This document shows positions 17,459-27,321 of a DNA stretch of 32,000 bases, piece by piece. Each line of letters opens with the position of its first letter. Positions within the stretch are counted from its first letter, which is position 1. The notes below the pieces were generated by a model that was given only the letters and a program-made list of their open reading frames with translations, had not been told where the DNA came from and made no database searches. Location: the NCBI RefSeq assembly GCF_018398935.1, contig NZ_CP074694.1, positions 4,260,001-4,292,000 on the forward strand, in the 5' to 3' direction. The translations under genes and the position numbers were made by a program. The stretch comes from Telmatocola sphagniphila. GTDB taxonomy: Bacteria; Planctomycetota; Planctomycetia; Gemmatales; Gemmataceae.

Positions 17459-20269
17459 TCAGGCCACAACGATATTCACCATCTTCTTGGGTACGACGAC
17501 GATTTTCTTGATCGATTTACCGGTTATCTGTTCGATCACTTTGGGGTCAGTCAGTGCCAACTTTTCCAACCCCGCCTGATCGAGATCGGCGGCCACCATC
17601 AGCTTCGCGCGAATCTTGCCATTGATCTGCACGGGAATCTCGACCCGATCTTCCACCAGTAAAGCCGGATCGAACTTCGGCCAGGCTTGATAAGCCAGCG
17701 TCGTCGTGTGCCCCAGCACATTCCACAACTCCTCCGCCATATGCGGAGCGTAAGGTGCCAGCAGAAGCGTCAGAGTTTCCAAAACCGATTTGGGCCGGAC
17801 TTCTTTACCGGTCAAATGATTGCTGAACTCCATCATGGCCGCGATGGCCGTGTTGAAGCGGAGGCCGTTGGTGTCTTCGGTCACTTTCTGAATCATCTTG
17901 TGCATAAGCCGAAGAGTTTCCGCATCCGGCTCGACATCTTTCACCAACGGGGAAAGCACATTCGTCTCGGCACGATCGTCGACGACCATACGCCAAACCC
18001 GCGAGAGGAAACGATAGACCCCTTCGACACTTTTCATGCTCCAGGGCTTGGTCGCTTCGAGTGGCCCCATGAACATTTCGTAGAGCCGCAGCGAATCGGC
18101 CCCATATTCCTTGACCACGTCATCCGGGTTGATGACGTTGCCGCGACTCTTGGACATCTTGTCAGCTTTGCCCGTAAGTTCGACTTCTGTGCCGACCAGG
18201 AAAGTGCGTCCTTTTCGCTTTTCGATTTGCTCGTCGGGAAGATTCTTGCCTTTAGCAGTTTCCGAATCGGCAAGACGCAAAACGTAATACTCCTCTTCCT
18301 CATTCTTTACATGCGCGGGAATTACACGCAACTCTTCAATTTTTGCACGATGCTTTTCATAAGTTTCCGCGCTGATGCGATATTCCATCTCGCCCAGGAT
18401 CATCCCCTGATTCACCAGCTTCTGGAAGGGCTCCGGGCAGTGCACATGCCCTCGATCAAATAAGACTTTGTGCCAGAAGCGGGAATAGAGCAGATGCAGC
18501 ACGGCGTGCTCGGCCCCACCGACATAGAGATCCACAGGCAACCAGTGCTTGGCTTTAGCGGGATCGCAGAAGGCATTGGGATTTTTCGCATCGAGGTAAC
18601 GCAGATAGTACCAGCAACTCCCCGCCCACTGCGGCATGGTGTTGGTTTCCCGACGATACTTCTTCCCATCAATGGTGACGTTGATCCAGTCGGTCGCCTT
18701 GGCCAAAGGACCTTCGGGACTACCCGTTGGCTTGAAGTCGGCCATCTGAGGCAGCGTTAAGGGCAGATCCTTCAATTCCAGTGGGCGAATGTTGCCTGTG
18801 GGTTTGCCTTCGCTGTCCAACTCATGCAACAACGGGAAAGGTTCACCCCAATAGCGCTGCCGGGAGAAGAGCCAATCGCGAAGCTTATAGTTGATGCGCC
18901 GTGTGCCCGCTCCCTTCGCTTCGAGATGAGCGATGATCTTCTGCTTGGCTTCTGCGGTTTTTAAACCATCGAGTAAACCGGAGTTGCAAGCGACCCCCTC
19001 TTCGCAATACGCTTCCGTCAAATTCTCTGGAGTGCTCCTAGTTTTCTTAAACCATTCTTCCGGTGGCTGCACCACAAGCGGTATCGGTAGTCCAAACTTT
19101 TTCGCGAACTCGAAATCCCGTTCATCATGGGCCGGCACGGCCATGATCGCCCCCGTGCCGTAGGTCGCCAGAACATAGTCTGCAATCCACACAGGAATCT
19201 GCTTGCCGTTCACCGGATTGATCGCATAAGCGCCGGTGAATACGCCGGTCTTTTCCTTGGCCAGTTCGGTGCGGTCGAAATCGGATTTGCGCGCGGCCGC
19301 TTCCCGATAGGCTTGCACGGCCGACTTTTGCTCAGAAGTAGTAATCGATTCCACCAGCGCATGCTCGGGAGCGAGCACCATGTAGGTGGCCCCGAAAAGT
19401 GTATCGGGCCGGGTAGTGAAAACCCGAATTTTCGCGGCCCCGGACGCCAAGGCGAAATCGACCTCGGCCCCTTCGCTTTTCCCAATCCAGTTGCGCTGCA
19501 TCTGTTTGATCGATTCCGACCAGTCGAGCGGTTCGAGATCATCGATCAAGCGCTCCGCATACTCGGTGATGCGTAACAACCACTGCCGGAGTGGTTGTCT
19601 CACTACCGGATGATTGCCCCGTTCCGATTTACCATCGATGACTTCTTCATTCGCCAAAACCGTTCCCAGCGCCGGGCACCAGTTCACGGGTACTTCGGCG
19701 CAGTAGGCTAATCGCTTGGAGTCGATGAACTTTCGCTTCTCTTCTTCGCTTTTGAAATCGGCCGGGATGGGCAATTCGGCTATCGGCCGACCCTTCTTCT
19801 GATCGTGGTCGTACCAGGTGTCGAAAAGCTGCAGGAAGATCCACTGCGTCCATTTGAAATAGTTCGGATCAGTCGTATCGACTTCGCGGTCCCAATCGTA
19901 ACTGAAACCCAGAGATTTGATCTGTCGACGGAAGTTATCGATGTTGTTCTTAGTGTTAATGCTGGGGTGTTCGCCCGTCGTAATGGCGTGCTGCTCGGCG
20001 GGCAACCCGAAGGCATCCCAGCCCATCGGATGCAGGACGTGATATCCAGCCATGCGCTTCTGGCGGCTCAGAATATCGGTCGCGGTGTACCCTTCCGGGT
20101 GCCCGACGTGCAGGCCCGACCCGCTGGGGTAAGGGAACATATCGAGTATGTAGATCTTGGGCTTACCCGCAACGGTCGGCGCGTGGGGATCGGGACAGGC
20201 GAAAGTTTTGTTCTCTTCCCAATATTTCTGCCAGCGCGGTTCGATGACCCGGGGATTGTAGTTCGGCAT
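17459..20269 (-). CDS. leuS: Leucyl-tRNA synthetase
   Basis: [35 protein letters not shown] (HIGH motif), [11 protein letters not shown] and KMSKSRGN (KMSKS motif). The ATG at 20269 has GGAGA 7 nt upstream. The track's longer 970-aa form adds a non-homologous N-terminus. Confidence 0.95.
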   Translation of the reverse strand: MPNYNPRVIEPRWQKYWEENKTFACPDPHAPTVAGKPKIYILDMFPYPSGSGLHVGHPEGYTATDILSRQKRMAGYHVLHPMGWDAFGLPAEQHAITTGEHPSINTKNNIDNFRRQIKSLGFSYDWDREVDTTDPNYFKWTQWIFLQLFDTWYDHDQKKGRPIAELPIPADFKSEEEKRKFIDSKRLAYCAEVPVNWCPALGTVLANEEVIDGKSERGNHPVVRQPLRQWLLRITEYAERLIDDLEPLDWSESIKQMQRNWIGKSEGAEVDFALASGAAKIRVFTTRPDTLFGATYMVLAPEHALVESITTSEQKSAVQAYREAAARKSDFDRTELAKEKTGVFTGAYAINPVNGKQIPVWIADYVLATYGTGAIMAVPAHDERDFEFAKKFGLPIPLVVQPPEEWFKKTRSTPENLTEAYCEEGVACNSGLLDGLKTAEAKQKIIAHLEAKGAGTRRINYKLRDWLFSRQRYWGEPFPLLHELDSEGKPTGNIRPLELKDLPLTLPQMADFKPTGSPEGPLAKATDWINVTIDGKKYRRETNTMPQWAGSCWYYLRYLDAKNPNAFCDPAKAKHWLPVDLYVGGAEHAVLHLLYSRFWHKVLFDRGHVHCPEPFQKLVNQGMILGEMEYRISAETYEKHRAKIEELRVIPAHVKNEEEEYYVLRLADSETAKGKNLPDEQIEKRKGRTFLVGTEVELTGKADKMSKSRGNVINPDDVVKEYGADSLRLYEMFMGPLEATKPWSMKSVEGVYRFLSRVWRMVVDDRAETNVLSPLVKDVEPDAETLRLMHKMIQKVTEDTNGLRFNTAIAAMMEFSNHLTGKEVRPKSVLETLTLLLAPYAPHMAEELWNVLGHTTTLAYQAWPKFDPALLVEDRVEIPVQINGKIRAKLMVAADLDQAGLEKLALTDPKVIEQITGKSIKKIVVVPKKMVNIVVA

Positions 20270-20492
20270 TATAATTCTCCTGGCCGGTATTTTTATCACC
20301 TCCGGCCCGGCTTTCATCCCATACAATCGGTACGGTTCTTCCCATCGGGAAAAATCGGGGGGTTGTAACAACTTTGGGGAAAACTCGGTATCCAGTGGGG
20401 TGGAACGTTTGTTATAGTGGAGATCGCCGGCCCGGTGACGGGTTCACATCCTCGGTCTAGGACGAGATCTAACGGATCGCGGTTCAAAAGAA
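20270..20492. promoter_or_regulatory. Divergent intergenic region between leuS and the 20493 cluster
   Basis: 223 nt lie between divergent starts and must hold both promoters. No elements could be assigned by eye. Confidence 0.3.
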
Positions 20493-23400
20493 ATGGGTTG
20501 GAAACCAATAAGCCGTGCTTTCGCATTCCTACTTTTGTTGAGTGGGATGGCGCAGCTTTGCGCTCAGGATCCGCAGCCGGTTCTTGCGACTCCCGACAAG
20601 CTCAAAGAACTCACTTCGAAACTGGAACAATTGCAGAAGCAGTTGACCCAGGAAAAGCCGGTCGCGCCGAGCCGCTGCGACATCACAGGCCAGCAGACAA
20701 AAATTGGCGATAATCAATTTGCCCTACTCCAGTTGAAGTATCAGTTTCGGACCACGCAGCCGAAGCAGAATGTTCTATTGGGTTTAAAAAAAGCGTTCGT
20801 CACCGAAGCGAAATGGCCCGAGGGTCTACCGCCATTGCAAAGCACCGATGCGGGATTGACAGTCGCGGTGGAGAAAGCCGGCGATCACGAAATCACCCTG
20901 ACTGTGGAAGCTCCTCTTCAGCCTCGAGGATTGCGGAATCTCGAACTCGGCTTCGATCTGCAACTTCCCGGTAGTCCTATTACGGTCTTGAAATGGAATA
21001 GCGCCGAGACGATCAAGAGAATTCGAATCGGCCGACGGGAAAACAGCACGGAGGCCATTGAGAGTAAGCGATACTCATCGTCCAGTCTTGCTTCCAGCGG
21101 AGCCGGAGAAGCCTTGGGTCCGGTAGTTTATCTGGAAGTCGCCTGGGAAGAACCGACCAAGCCGACGCCGGACAAACAGCGTATGGCCCGCAGCACTTGG
21201 GATGTGCAGATTCGCGATACGGAAATCGTCACTAATGTCGTTTTCAACCTTTCGGGGCCAGCACGGGAATGGCTGATTGCCGCTCCGACGAACAGTCAAT
21301 TGACGGTCGCTCGAGCGGTCGGCAATACTTCCCTGGAAACTTCCTTCGATCCGCCCCCGGGAATTTTCCGCCCGGAGCCCAAAGAACCTCCCATCTGGAA
21401 AGTGGCTTTTCCCGAAGCGACTAACGTCGATATGAGCGTTACAGTCAGCTATACCCAGACGCGCGGCAAAAATCCCAATAGCAGGGAGCTTGTACCTCTG
21501 TGTGCCATCGGGGTCCTGGATCTCCCATTACAAACCGGGACCATCAAGATCCAAAGTATTCCCACTTTACGAGTCAAGGAGATCCTCAAGGGGGATACAA
21601 AACGCCAACCCGGAAGCGATGACCCTTCTGAAATTTCGTTACGTTTCAGTTCCATGTCCTCTACGAACAATTTACCGCAGCCCTTGGCGGAGCTGGATAT
21701 TCGACCCGCCGTCGGTGTGGTCCAGACTCGTACCAGTCATTCGCTTTACTATTCGGAAACCGGCTGGCGCTTGAAAACGGATGTGACCGTTCAACCGATA
21801 CGCAAGGAAATCGACAAAATCGAGTTAGTGGTTCCAGTCACAACCGAATTGGAAAACGTGCTGGTGACGCCTCCAGAATTGGTGGAGTCCGTGGAATCAG
21901 TAGTATCGGCCGAGGCAGTGAAGAACTTGAACCCCAGCCAGCGCTTGATTTCCGTGAACCTGGCCGCCCCGAAAAGAAATCCCTTCACGATCACGCTCGA
22001 AGGACTTTATCCGATTCCGCTTTCAGAAAAATCGGCCAACCTGCAGTTGCCCCGGCCTTATAAGACTCTCGATCGTGAAGGCAGCCTGACCGCCAATCCC
22101 TCACCGGGTATTGAAGTGTCCGGCACGATTCGCGAGTGGGATCAGGATAAAGCCGGCACCTGGACGGCTCCCCTGGAATCGCAAGGAGGGGGCATCATGA
22201 GCGCCAAACTCGCGCGAACCGTCGGGGAAGTGCTGCTGGATTGGAAGCCGAGACTTCCTCGAGTTAGTTCGATCAGCATTGTCGATTTGACGCTCAAAGA
22301 AAAATCGCTCCGTTTTGATGTGGAGAGTAAAGTCACCTTTTTGGAAACGGTCCCACCGAGGTTGCGCTGGAAATCGCGAGGCGGTGTCACCGCGATCCGC
22401 ACTCCTGGAGGTTCTCGCGAAGTTTCCGCCGCGGGCGATTTCGTGTTGCCGATCTCAACCACGAACACCAAGGAAGCGGTCTTTCGCTTCAGTTATGAGA
22501 TACCTCTTCCCGATCCGAAATCGGACGAATCTTCCCAATCTTTGAGTCTGGATTCGGTGCCCATTTTCTGGCTTGAGGCCGAGGGCCGGACGAATACCGA
22601 TGTGCGTTTCTGGTACGATTCCACCAGCACGATTGAGTGGGATTTGAACACGATGCAGGCCGAGAATCATCTCTGGGAGGCAGCCCCGTACGAGATTGTG
22701 CCCGAGCGGGAGAATCTCCCTATTAAAGTGCTCCGCAGCGTGGCCCCGGGTGCGGATCTCTCCTTCGAGCTAGTACCTCGACAAGGTTCCGGCATTCAAA
22801 CTCGGGTCTGGATCGATCGGATATTCGCCCAATCCCAGATGCCGGATCGCCAGCAGCGCAATCGGGTGCGTTTTCTGGTTCGCCGCTGGCTGACCCGCAC
22901 CATCGATTTCCAACTTCCCTCAGATGCCAGCGATCTGGAAATTTTACTGAACGGCAAGTCGTTCGAAGTCACTCCTCCGGCCAACGACCCGAACCGGGTA
23001 CAGATCGAAATGCCGGCCTGGAAACCCGATCGTTCCGCCGTGATCGAATTTCGATACAACCGTCCGGGTCGCGTTCTGGGACTGGCCGATTGGCAACTAC
23101 CGATTCCTTTGGGGCGAGTATCGGTAGGGCCCTGCCGCTGGCAAATTGCCCTGCCGGGTCGGGCCTTACCTATGGCCTGGAGCGAAGCAATATTCGAAGA
23201 ATCCTGGAGCTTACGACCCGGGTTACCGTTTCCAGTCGCGGCTCGCGGCCTTCAGGAGCTGGAGCGCTGGTTTACCAGTGGGGAGGAGCCGACGGAAGCG
23301 GCCGGTTGGCAACTCGACGAGGCGGGTATTACCGCCCGGCAAAACACGCTGGATGACTTACAGGTCTTGCTGCTGCCCCGATACGGAACGCTGATGATTC

Positions 23401-23747
23401 TTTCCGGTCTGGCCGTGGTGATCTGCTATTCGATTCTGAAAGCGAAAATGCTCATCCGCTGGATAATCAGCTTGTTGCTCATTGCGGGAATTCTGACGAT
23501 CTATCTCTGGAACGGGCAATGGCTGCCTATCCTCCTGGCCTGCGCGCTGCCCGGAATCATCGGCTTTCTTCTGATTTTCGGCTACGTCCAATATCATTTG
23601 ATGCGATATCATCGGATACGCAACAAACTCCCAGGCTTTCAGTCACACATCACTTTTGTGGAAAGCGCGCCTTCGAAAAACGGCAGCGCCCGCAACACGA
23701 CCAAATCGGCGGATAAACCTCTGTCTTCACTCGGGAGCAACAAATGA
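20493..23747 (+). CDS. Giant (1084 aa) secreted/membrane-anchored hypothetical protein 'A': signal peptide, short coiled coil, long beta-rich ectodomain, three C-terminal TM helices and a basic tail
   Basis: Signal peptide MGWKPISRAFAFLLLLSGMAQLCAQD, then LATPDKLKELTSKLEQLQKQL. Hydrophobic helices lie at about 23386-23590 (GTLMILSGLAVVICYSIL, WIISLLLIAGILTIYLW, WLPILLACALPGIIGFLLIFGYV), followed by YHLMRYHRIRNK. I recognise no characterised domain. Confidence 0.8.
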   Translation: MGWKPISRAFAFLLLLSGMAQLCAQDPQPVLATPDKLKELTSKLEQLQKQLTQEKPVAPSRCDITGQQTKIGDNQFALLQLKYQFRTTQPKQNVLLGLKKAFVTEAKWPEGLPPLQSTDAGLTVAVEKAGDHEITLTVEAPLQPRGLRNLELGFDLQLPGSPITVLKWNSAETIKRIRIGRRENSTEAIESKRYSSSSLASSGAGEALGPVVYLEVAWEEPTKPTPDKQRMARSTWDVQIRDTEIVTNVVFNLSGPAREWLIAAPTNSQLTVARAVGNTSLETSFDPPPGIFRPEPKEPPIWKVAFPEATNVDMSVTVSYTQTRGKNPNSRELVPLCAIGVLDLPLQTGTIKIQSIPTLRVKEILKGDTKRQPGSDDPSEISLRFSSMSSTNNLPQPLAELDIRPAVGVVQTRTSHSLYYSETGWRLKTDVTVQPIRKEIDKIELVVPVTTELENVLVTPPELVESVESVVSAEAVKNLNPSQRLISVNLAAPKRNPFTITLEGLYPIPLSEKSANLQLPRPYKTLDREGSLTANPSPGIEVSGTIREWDQDKAGTWTAPLESQGGGIMSAKLARTVGEVLLDWKPRLPRVSSISIVDLTLKEKSLRFDVESKVTFLETVPPRLRWKSRGGVTAIRTPGGSREVSAAGDFVLPISTTNTKEAVFRFSYEIPLPDPKSDESSQSLSLDSVPIFWLEAEGRTNTDVRFWYDSTSTIEWDLNTMQAENHLWEAAPYEIVPERENLPIKVLRSVAPGADLSFELVPRQGSGIQTRVWIDRIFAQSQMPDRQQRNRVRFLVRRWLTRTIDFQLPSDASDLEILLNGKSFEVTPPANDPNRVQIEMPAWKPDRSAVIEFRYNRPGRVLGLADWQLPIPLGRVSVGPCRWQIALPGRALPMAWSEAIFEESWSLRPGLPFPVAARGLQELERWFTSGEEPTEAAGWQLDEAGITARQNTLDDLQVLLLPRYGTLMILSGLAVVICYSILKAKMLIRWIISLLLIAGILTIYLWNGQWLPILLACALPGIIGFLLIFGYVQYHLMRYHRIRNKLPGFQSHITFVESAPSKNGSARNTTKSADKPLSSLGSNK

Positions 23748-26700
23748 TCGGGCGTTTCCTCGCGCTGATCGTTTTGCTCCTTTTTTTTGCGGCCGGGACA
23801 TACGGCCAGCAGAAGATAGCACTGACCCCTTCGCAGCTAAAGAAAGAATTGGCGAAGCCCGAAACTCCGCCATTGACCAAACTGCCCCCGTCGGAACTCG
23901 ATGTACTTCTTAACCCGCCGGCTTCCCATCCTAAAGAAGTGGGCACTCGGCTGATTTCCGCTGCCTATCAAGCAAAATGGGTCCAGTCGGCCAGTGGCGA
24001 CAGTTTCCTCACTGGTAAAGGGGAATGGAAAATCGCTCATCGTGCGGGTACTACGAGTTGGCTCCCGGTCGAACCGATGCAACTTGCCTTGAAAGAAGCC
24101 ACTTGGAAAGAAGGTCAAAGAGCAGAATTTCATCTTGCGGAATCGAATCTCGGTAACCAGTTATCCCTGGCGGTGGTAAAAGAAGGATCGCTTCATTTCA
24201 ATTGGTCGTATAACGGTCAGGCCGACCCCGGGGAAATACGATTCGACCTTCAGGTACCTGCCGCGCCGGTGGCGATTTTCGAACTCGATACTCCGGCCGA
24301 TTCGCGCCCCTACCCGCTACAGGAAATACTGATCGATGGCCCGGTTCCCCAACCGGACGGACAACTGCGCTGGCGGATGGTCTTCGGCGGCCAGAATCGT
24401 CTGGCGTTTTCCATCCGAAAGATCGGGCCGCCACAAAGCGTACTGATTCGGAGTCGCTTGAACGCTGTTCAGACTTTTCGCACCAATCAAGTTATGAACG
24501 ATTACGATTTCGATCTGGATATCAGCCGGTCGGGAGTGACCGAACTAGTTCTGATTCACGATGTCCGCCAGATCGTTCGACAAATTCAGATTAATAATCT
24601 GCTCGATTGGACCATTGAGGACATTAAGGATACGGCCGATAAACGCATACGCATACGTTTAAACGAACCGATCCGCGGCGGCCGATTACAAGTCCGTACG
24701 GCCTCGCCTCTACCCTCCGAAGGCGTCACTTGGACCAGCCCCTCTTTACGGATAGAGAACGGCCTTTGTCTGGCGGAGAAGCTGGAATTTCGGGCAATCT
24801 CCAATTGGAAGCCGGAGGCAGTTCAACCAGGTACGTTTCGGGCCGCAGATAAATGGCTGAACGGAAGCGATGGAACGCAAAGCCTGATGTTGGAGTCGGC
24901 GCTTCCCGCCGTCGGAAAGAATCTCACTCGTCCTCGACTGCAACTCCGACCGCGCGCCGGGGAATTCTCCGCCGAGCAAATCCTGGAATGCAGTATTCAG
25001 AAGGAACGCGCGACACTGCGACAGCAGATTCAATTGCAGGTGAAATTTGGCAGCGTTTCGCAACTTGCGGTCGAAATACCCAAGGATTGGGAGGTCGAAA
25101 GGGTGGAAATAGCCGGTTCCGATTTACCTCCGGAATGGCAGGTCCGCGGCACCGATCTGATCATCGAGCCTTTGCGCGGCTGGATCCCCGGTAGCCTGGC
25201 AAAAATCGAGGTGGGATATCGCCGGCGTCTTCAATTGCAGGAGGATTTTCAGCTACCGATTCCCTGGCCGCGGATTCGATCGGCCGTCGATGTGCAAACC
25301 CGGTTGAGCTGGAAACTGCCCGTCGGTTGGAGTGCCAGCTTGGATTTTCCCGTACTCTCGTACAGCTCCCCGTTCTTAAAAGCTCTTGAGATTGCGACAC
25401 CGCAAACAGGCAAACACGCAGAACTGACAGCGCATATTCAGAAATTGCAGGCTTTCCCAAGTCCGACGGGACGCACCAGCCGACCCAACGCGACTTTGCA
25501 GGAACCGAACTGGAAAGCGGAGAGCCTCGACTGCTCCATCGAAAGCGGTCGGACGGTTCGGTGCAAACTTGCCAGTAAAATCTTGCTGCAGAACTCCCAA
25601 GACTATTGGGCCCCCCTGGTGATACCGCGCCGCTTCGAACTTCAGGAAGTGCTGATAGCCGGGCGGAACGCTCCGATGCAATTTGCGGAAAATGGAGACT
25701 GGTTGATCGAATTGCCACGACCTTCCCTGAATCCGCAGCTGGATCTCGAACTCACTTATCGCTTACCCCTGCAAACGAAATTTTTCCATCTGGAGTGCTC
25801 CCAATTAGTACCTGAGAATCTCCTGGGAGATTGTCCCATCAAATGGGAACTCCCCGAGCATTGGATCTTGCGTTCTCAGAAACCGGGCGATGGACGAACC
25901 GCTCTGAAGGGCACCTTCAAATTTTATCGTCAGCAGCAACTTGTTCTTTTGGCTCTGGTGGTCCTGGCGCTTCTCACCTTAGTGCGTTTTCTTGTCACTA
26001 CCAGCCCCCGGAACTCACCTCCTCCGGCGAAAGTAGCAGCCGGGAGCCTACTGCTTCTCGCCGTTATCTGGTTCACCGGAGGTCTCTCCGCCGGTCAGCC
26101 ACCGGATAATATTCGCATCTGGGTCGTCAGCGAAACCGAAGGCAAATTTGCTTATGTGCCGACAGAATATCTGGAGAATCTGAAAAAACCCAAGCCGGAC
26201 AGCTCGACGAATCTGATCGTAACCGAGGCCGAGTATGTGGGCGCCGTGCACGAAAGCTCGGCGGAGTTTATTCTCGACTGGAAATTGCAGACCCGAAAGG
26301 ACGAATTGACTTACCGCTTTGCACTTCCTGATGCGAGGCTGCGGAGCGTAATGATCGATGGCCAGATAGGTTATCCGCGAGCTTTGAGTTCGGATAAGTA
26401 TGAAGTCGACCTTAAAACCGCCGGGGAGCATCGTCTGGTGGTAACGGTCGAAACGCCCGTATTGGAAAATGGCTCCGACAGTGAGATTCGATTCGGCATC
26501 CCCGAACTGCCGCAGGCCCGTGTTAAATTATTTCTTCCACCCTCAGCTCAGCAGGCCCGGGTGATAAATCCACGGGGAGAACAAACTATCAATTCTTCCA
26601 TTCTGGGAAGGGTACTCGTGGCGGACCTGGGCCGAGTACGGACGATACACTTCCGTTGGAGTTCTCAGAATCCGAATCGAAAAATTGATTTCTACGAAAT

Positions 26701-27253
26701 CCATCGCCTGGAAATCGAAACTGGAACTATCGCTCTGCAGTCGGCCTGGCAGTTCGATGTCAAAAATGGATCGATTCAGCAGTTGAGCCTGAATATTCCC
26801 GAGCAATGGCTGATCAGTCGGGTGGAGGTGCGACCCGATGGCGTTTTGAATCCGTTGCCAAATTCGTCGATTAAAGATTGGACTCAAAACCCGGAGGTAA
26901 AAAACGGCTTCCGGGAATTGAAGGTCGATCTGCAAAATTCTCTCAGTGGCAAATTTCGCTTACTCGTCGATATGGTACCGGCGAAACTGCCGACCCAACA
27001 GCTCTCGATCCACTGGCCGGTTTCACTGGAGGGATACCCCAGCAGTACGCATTACTGCTATCGCCAGACCGGTTGGGACAAAGTCACTTTGCAGGAACCT
27101 CAGAAATTTCTGGAGATTCCCAGCGAACTCTACTGGCGGGAATCGGCGCGGACCCTGTTTGGCCCAAGTGTACTTACCCCTCCGGATCGAACGTTTCAGA
27201 GGATCGGGTCAGACAATCCGACGATGAAAATTCTGCTGAAATCCGATCGTTGA
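23744..27253 (+). CDS. Giant (1169 aa) hypothetical protein 'B', paralogous to A: signal peptide, ectodomain 1, internal TM hairpin, ectodomain 2
   Basis: The start ATG (23744-23746) overlaps the TGA stop of A (23745-23747). Signal peptide MIGRFLALIVLLLFFAAGTYGQQ, then ALTPSQLKKEL (compare A). Internal helices lie at 25940-25999 and 26036-26092. The C-terminal module contains LKTAGEHRLVVTVETPVLE, compared with VEKAGDHEITLTVEAPLQP in A. Confidence 0.8.
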   Translation: MIGRFLALIVLLLFFAAGTYGQQKIALTPSQLKKELAKPETPPLTKLPPSELDVLLNPPASHPKEVGTRLISAAYQAKWVQSASGDSFLTGKGEWKIAHRAGTTSWLPVEPMQLALKEATWKEGQRAEFHLAESNLGNQLSLAVVKEGSLHFNWSYNGQADPGEIRFDLQVPAAPVAIFELDTPADSRPYPLQEILIDGPVPQPDGQLRWRMVFGGQNRLAFSIRKIGPPQSVLIRSRLNAVQTFRTNQVMNDYDFDLDISRSGVTELVLIHDVRQIVRQIQINNLLDWTIEDIKDTADKRIRIRLNEPIRGGRLQVRTASPLPSEGVTWTSPSLRIENGLCLAEKLEFRAISNWKPEAVQPGTFRAADKWLNGSDGTQSLMLESALPAVGKNLTRPRLQLRPRAGEFSAEQILECSIQKERATLRQQIQLQVKFGSVSQLAVEIPKDWEVERVEIAGSDLPPEWQVRGTDLIIEPLRGWIPGSLAKIEVGYRRRLQLQEDFQLPIPWPRIRSAVDVQTRLSWKLPVGWSASLDFPVLSYSSPFLKALEIATPQTGKHAELTAHIQKLQAFPSPTGRTSRPNATLQEPNWKAESLDCSIESGRTVRCKLASKILLQNSQDYWAPLVIPRRFELQEVLIAGRNAPMQFAENGDWLIELPRPSLNPQLDLELTYRLPLQTKFFHLECSQLVPENLLGDCPIKWELPEHWILRSQKPGDGRTALKGTFKFYRQQQLVLLALVVLALLTLVRFLVTTSPRNSPPPAKVAAGSLLLLAVIWFTGGLSAGQPPDNIRIWVVSETEGKFAYVPTEYLENLKKPKPDSSTNLIVTEAEYVGAVHESSAEFILDWKLQTRKDELTYRFALPDARLRSVMIDGQIGYPRALSSDKYEVDLKTAGEHRLVVTVETPVLENGSDSEIRFGIPELPQARVKLFLPPSAQQARVINPRGEQTINSSILGRVLVADLGRVRTIHFRWSSQNPNRKIDFYEIHRLEIETGTIALQSAWQFDVKNGSIQQLSLNIPEQWLISRVEVRPDGVLNPLPNSSIKDWTQNPEVKNGFRELKVDLQNSLSGKFRLLVDMVPAKLPTQQLSIHWPVSLEGYPSSTHYCYRQTGWDKVTLQEPQKFLEIPSELYWRESARTLFGPSVLTPPDRTFQRIGSDNPTMKILLKSDR

Positions 27254-27321
27254 CTTGTTACTTCGACTAAACTTACGAGAATTTCACCGACAACTCTGCG
27301 AAGACTTCCGGGGATACCGCC

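Noticed and set aside
17687-20368. Long plus-strand ORFs (258 aa at 17687-18463, 149 aa at 19127-19576, 187 aa at 19805-20368) antisense to leuS
   Set aside because: leuS homology on the minus strand is unambiguous. The antisense ORFs have Arg/Gly/His-rich compositions typical of shadow frames and carry no motifs.
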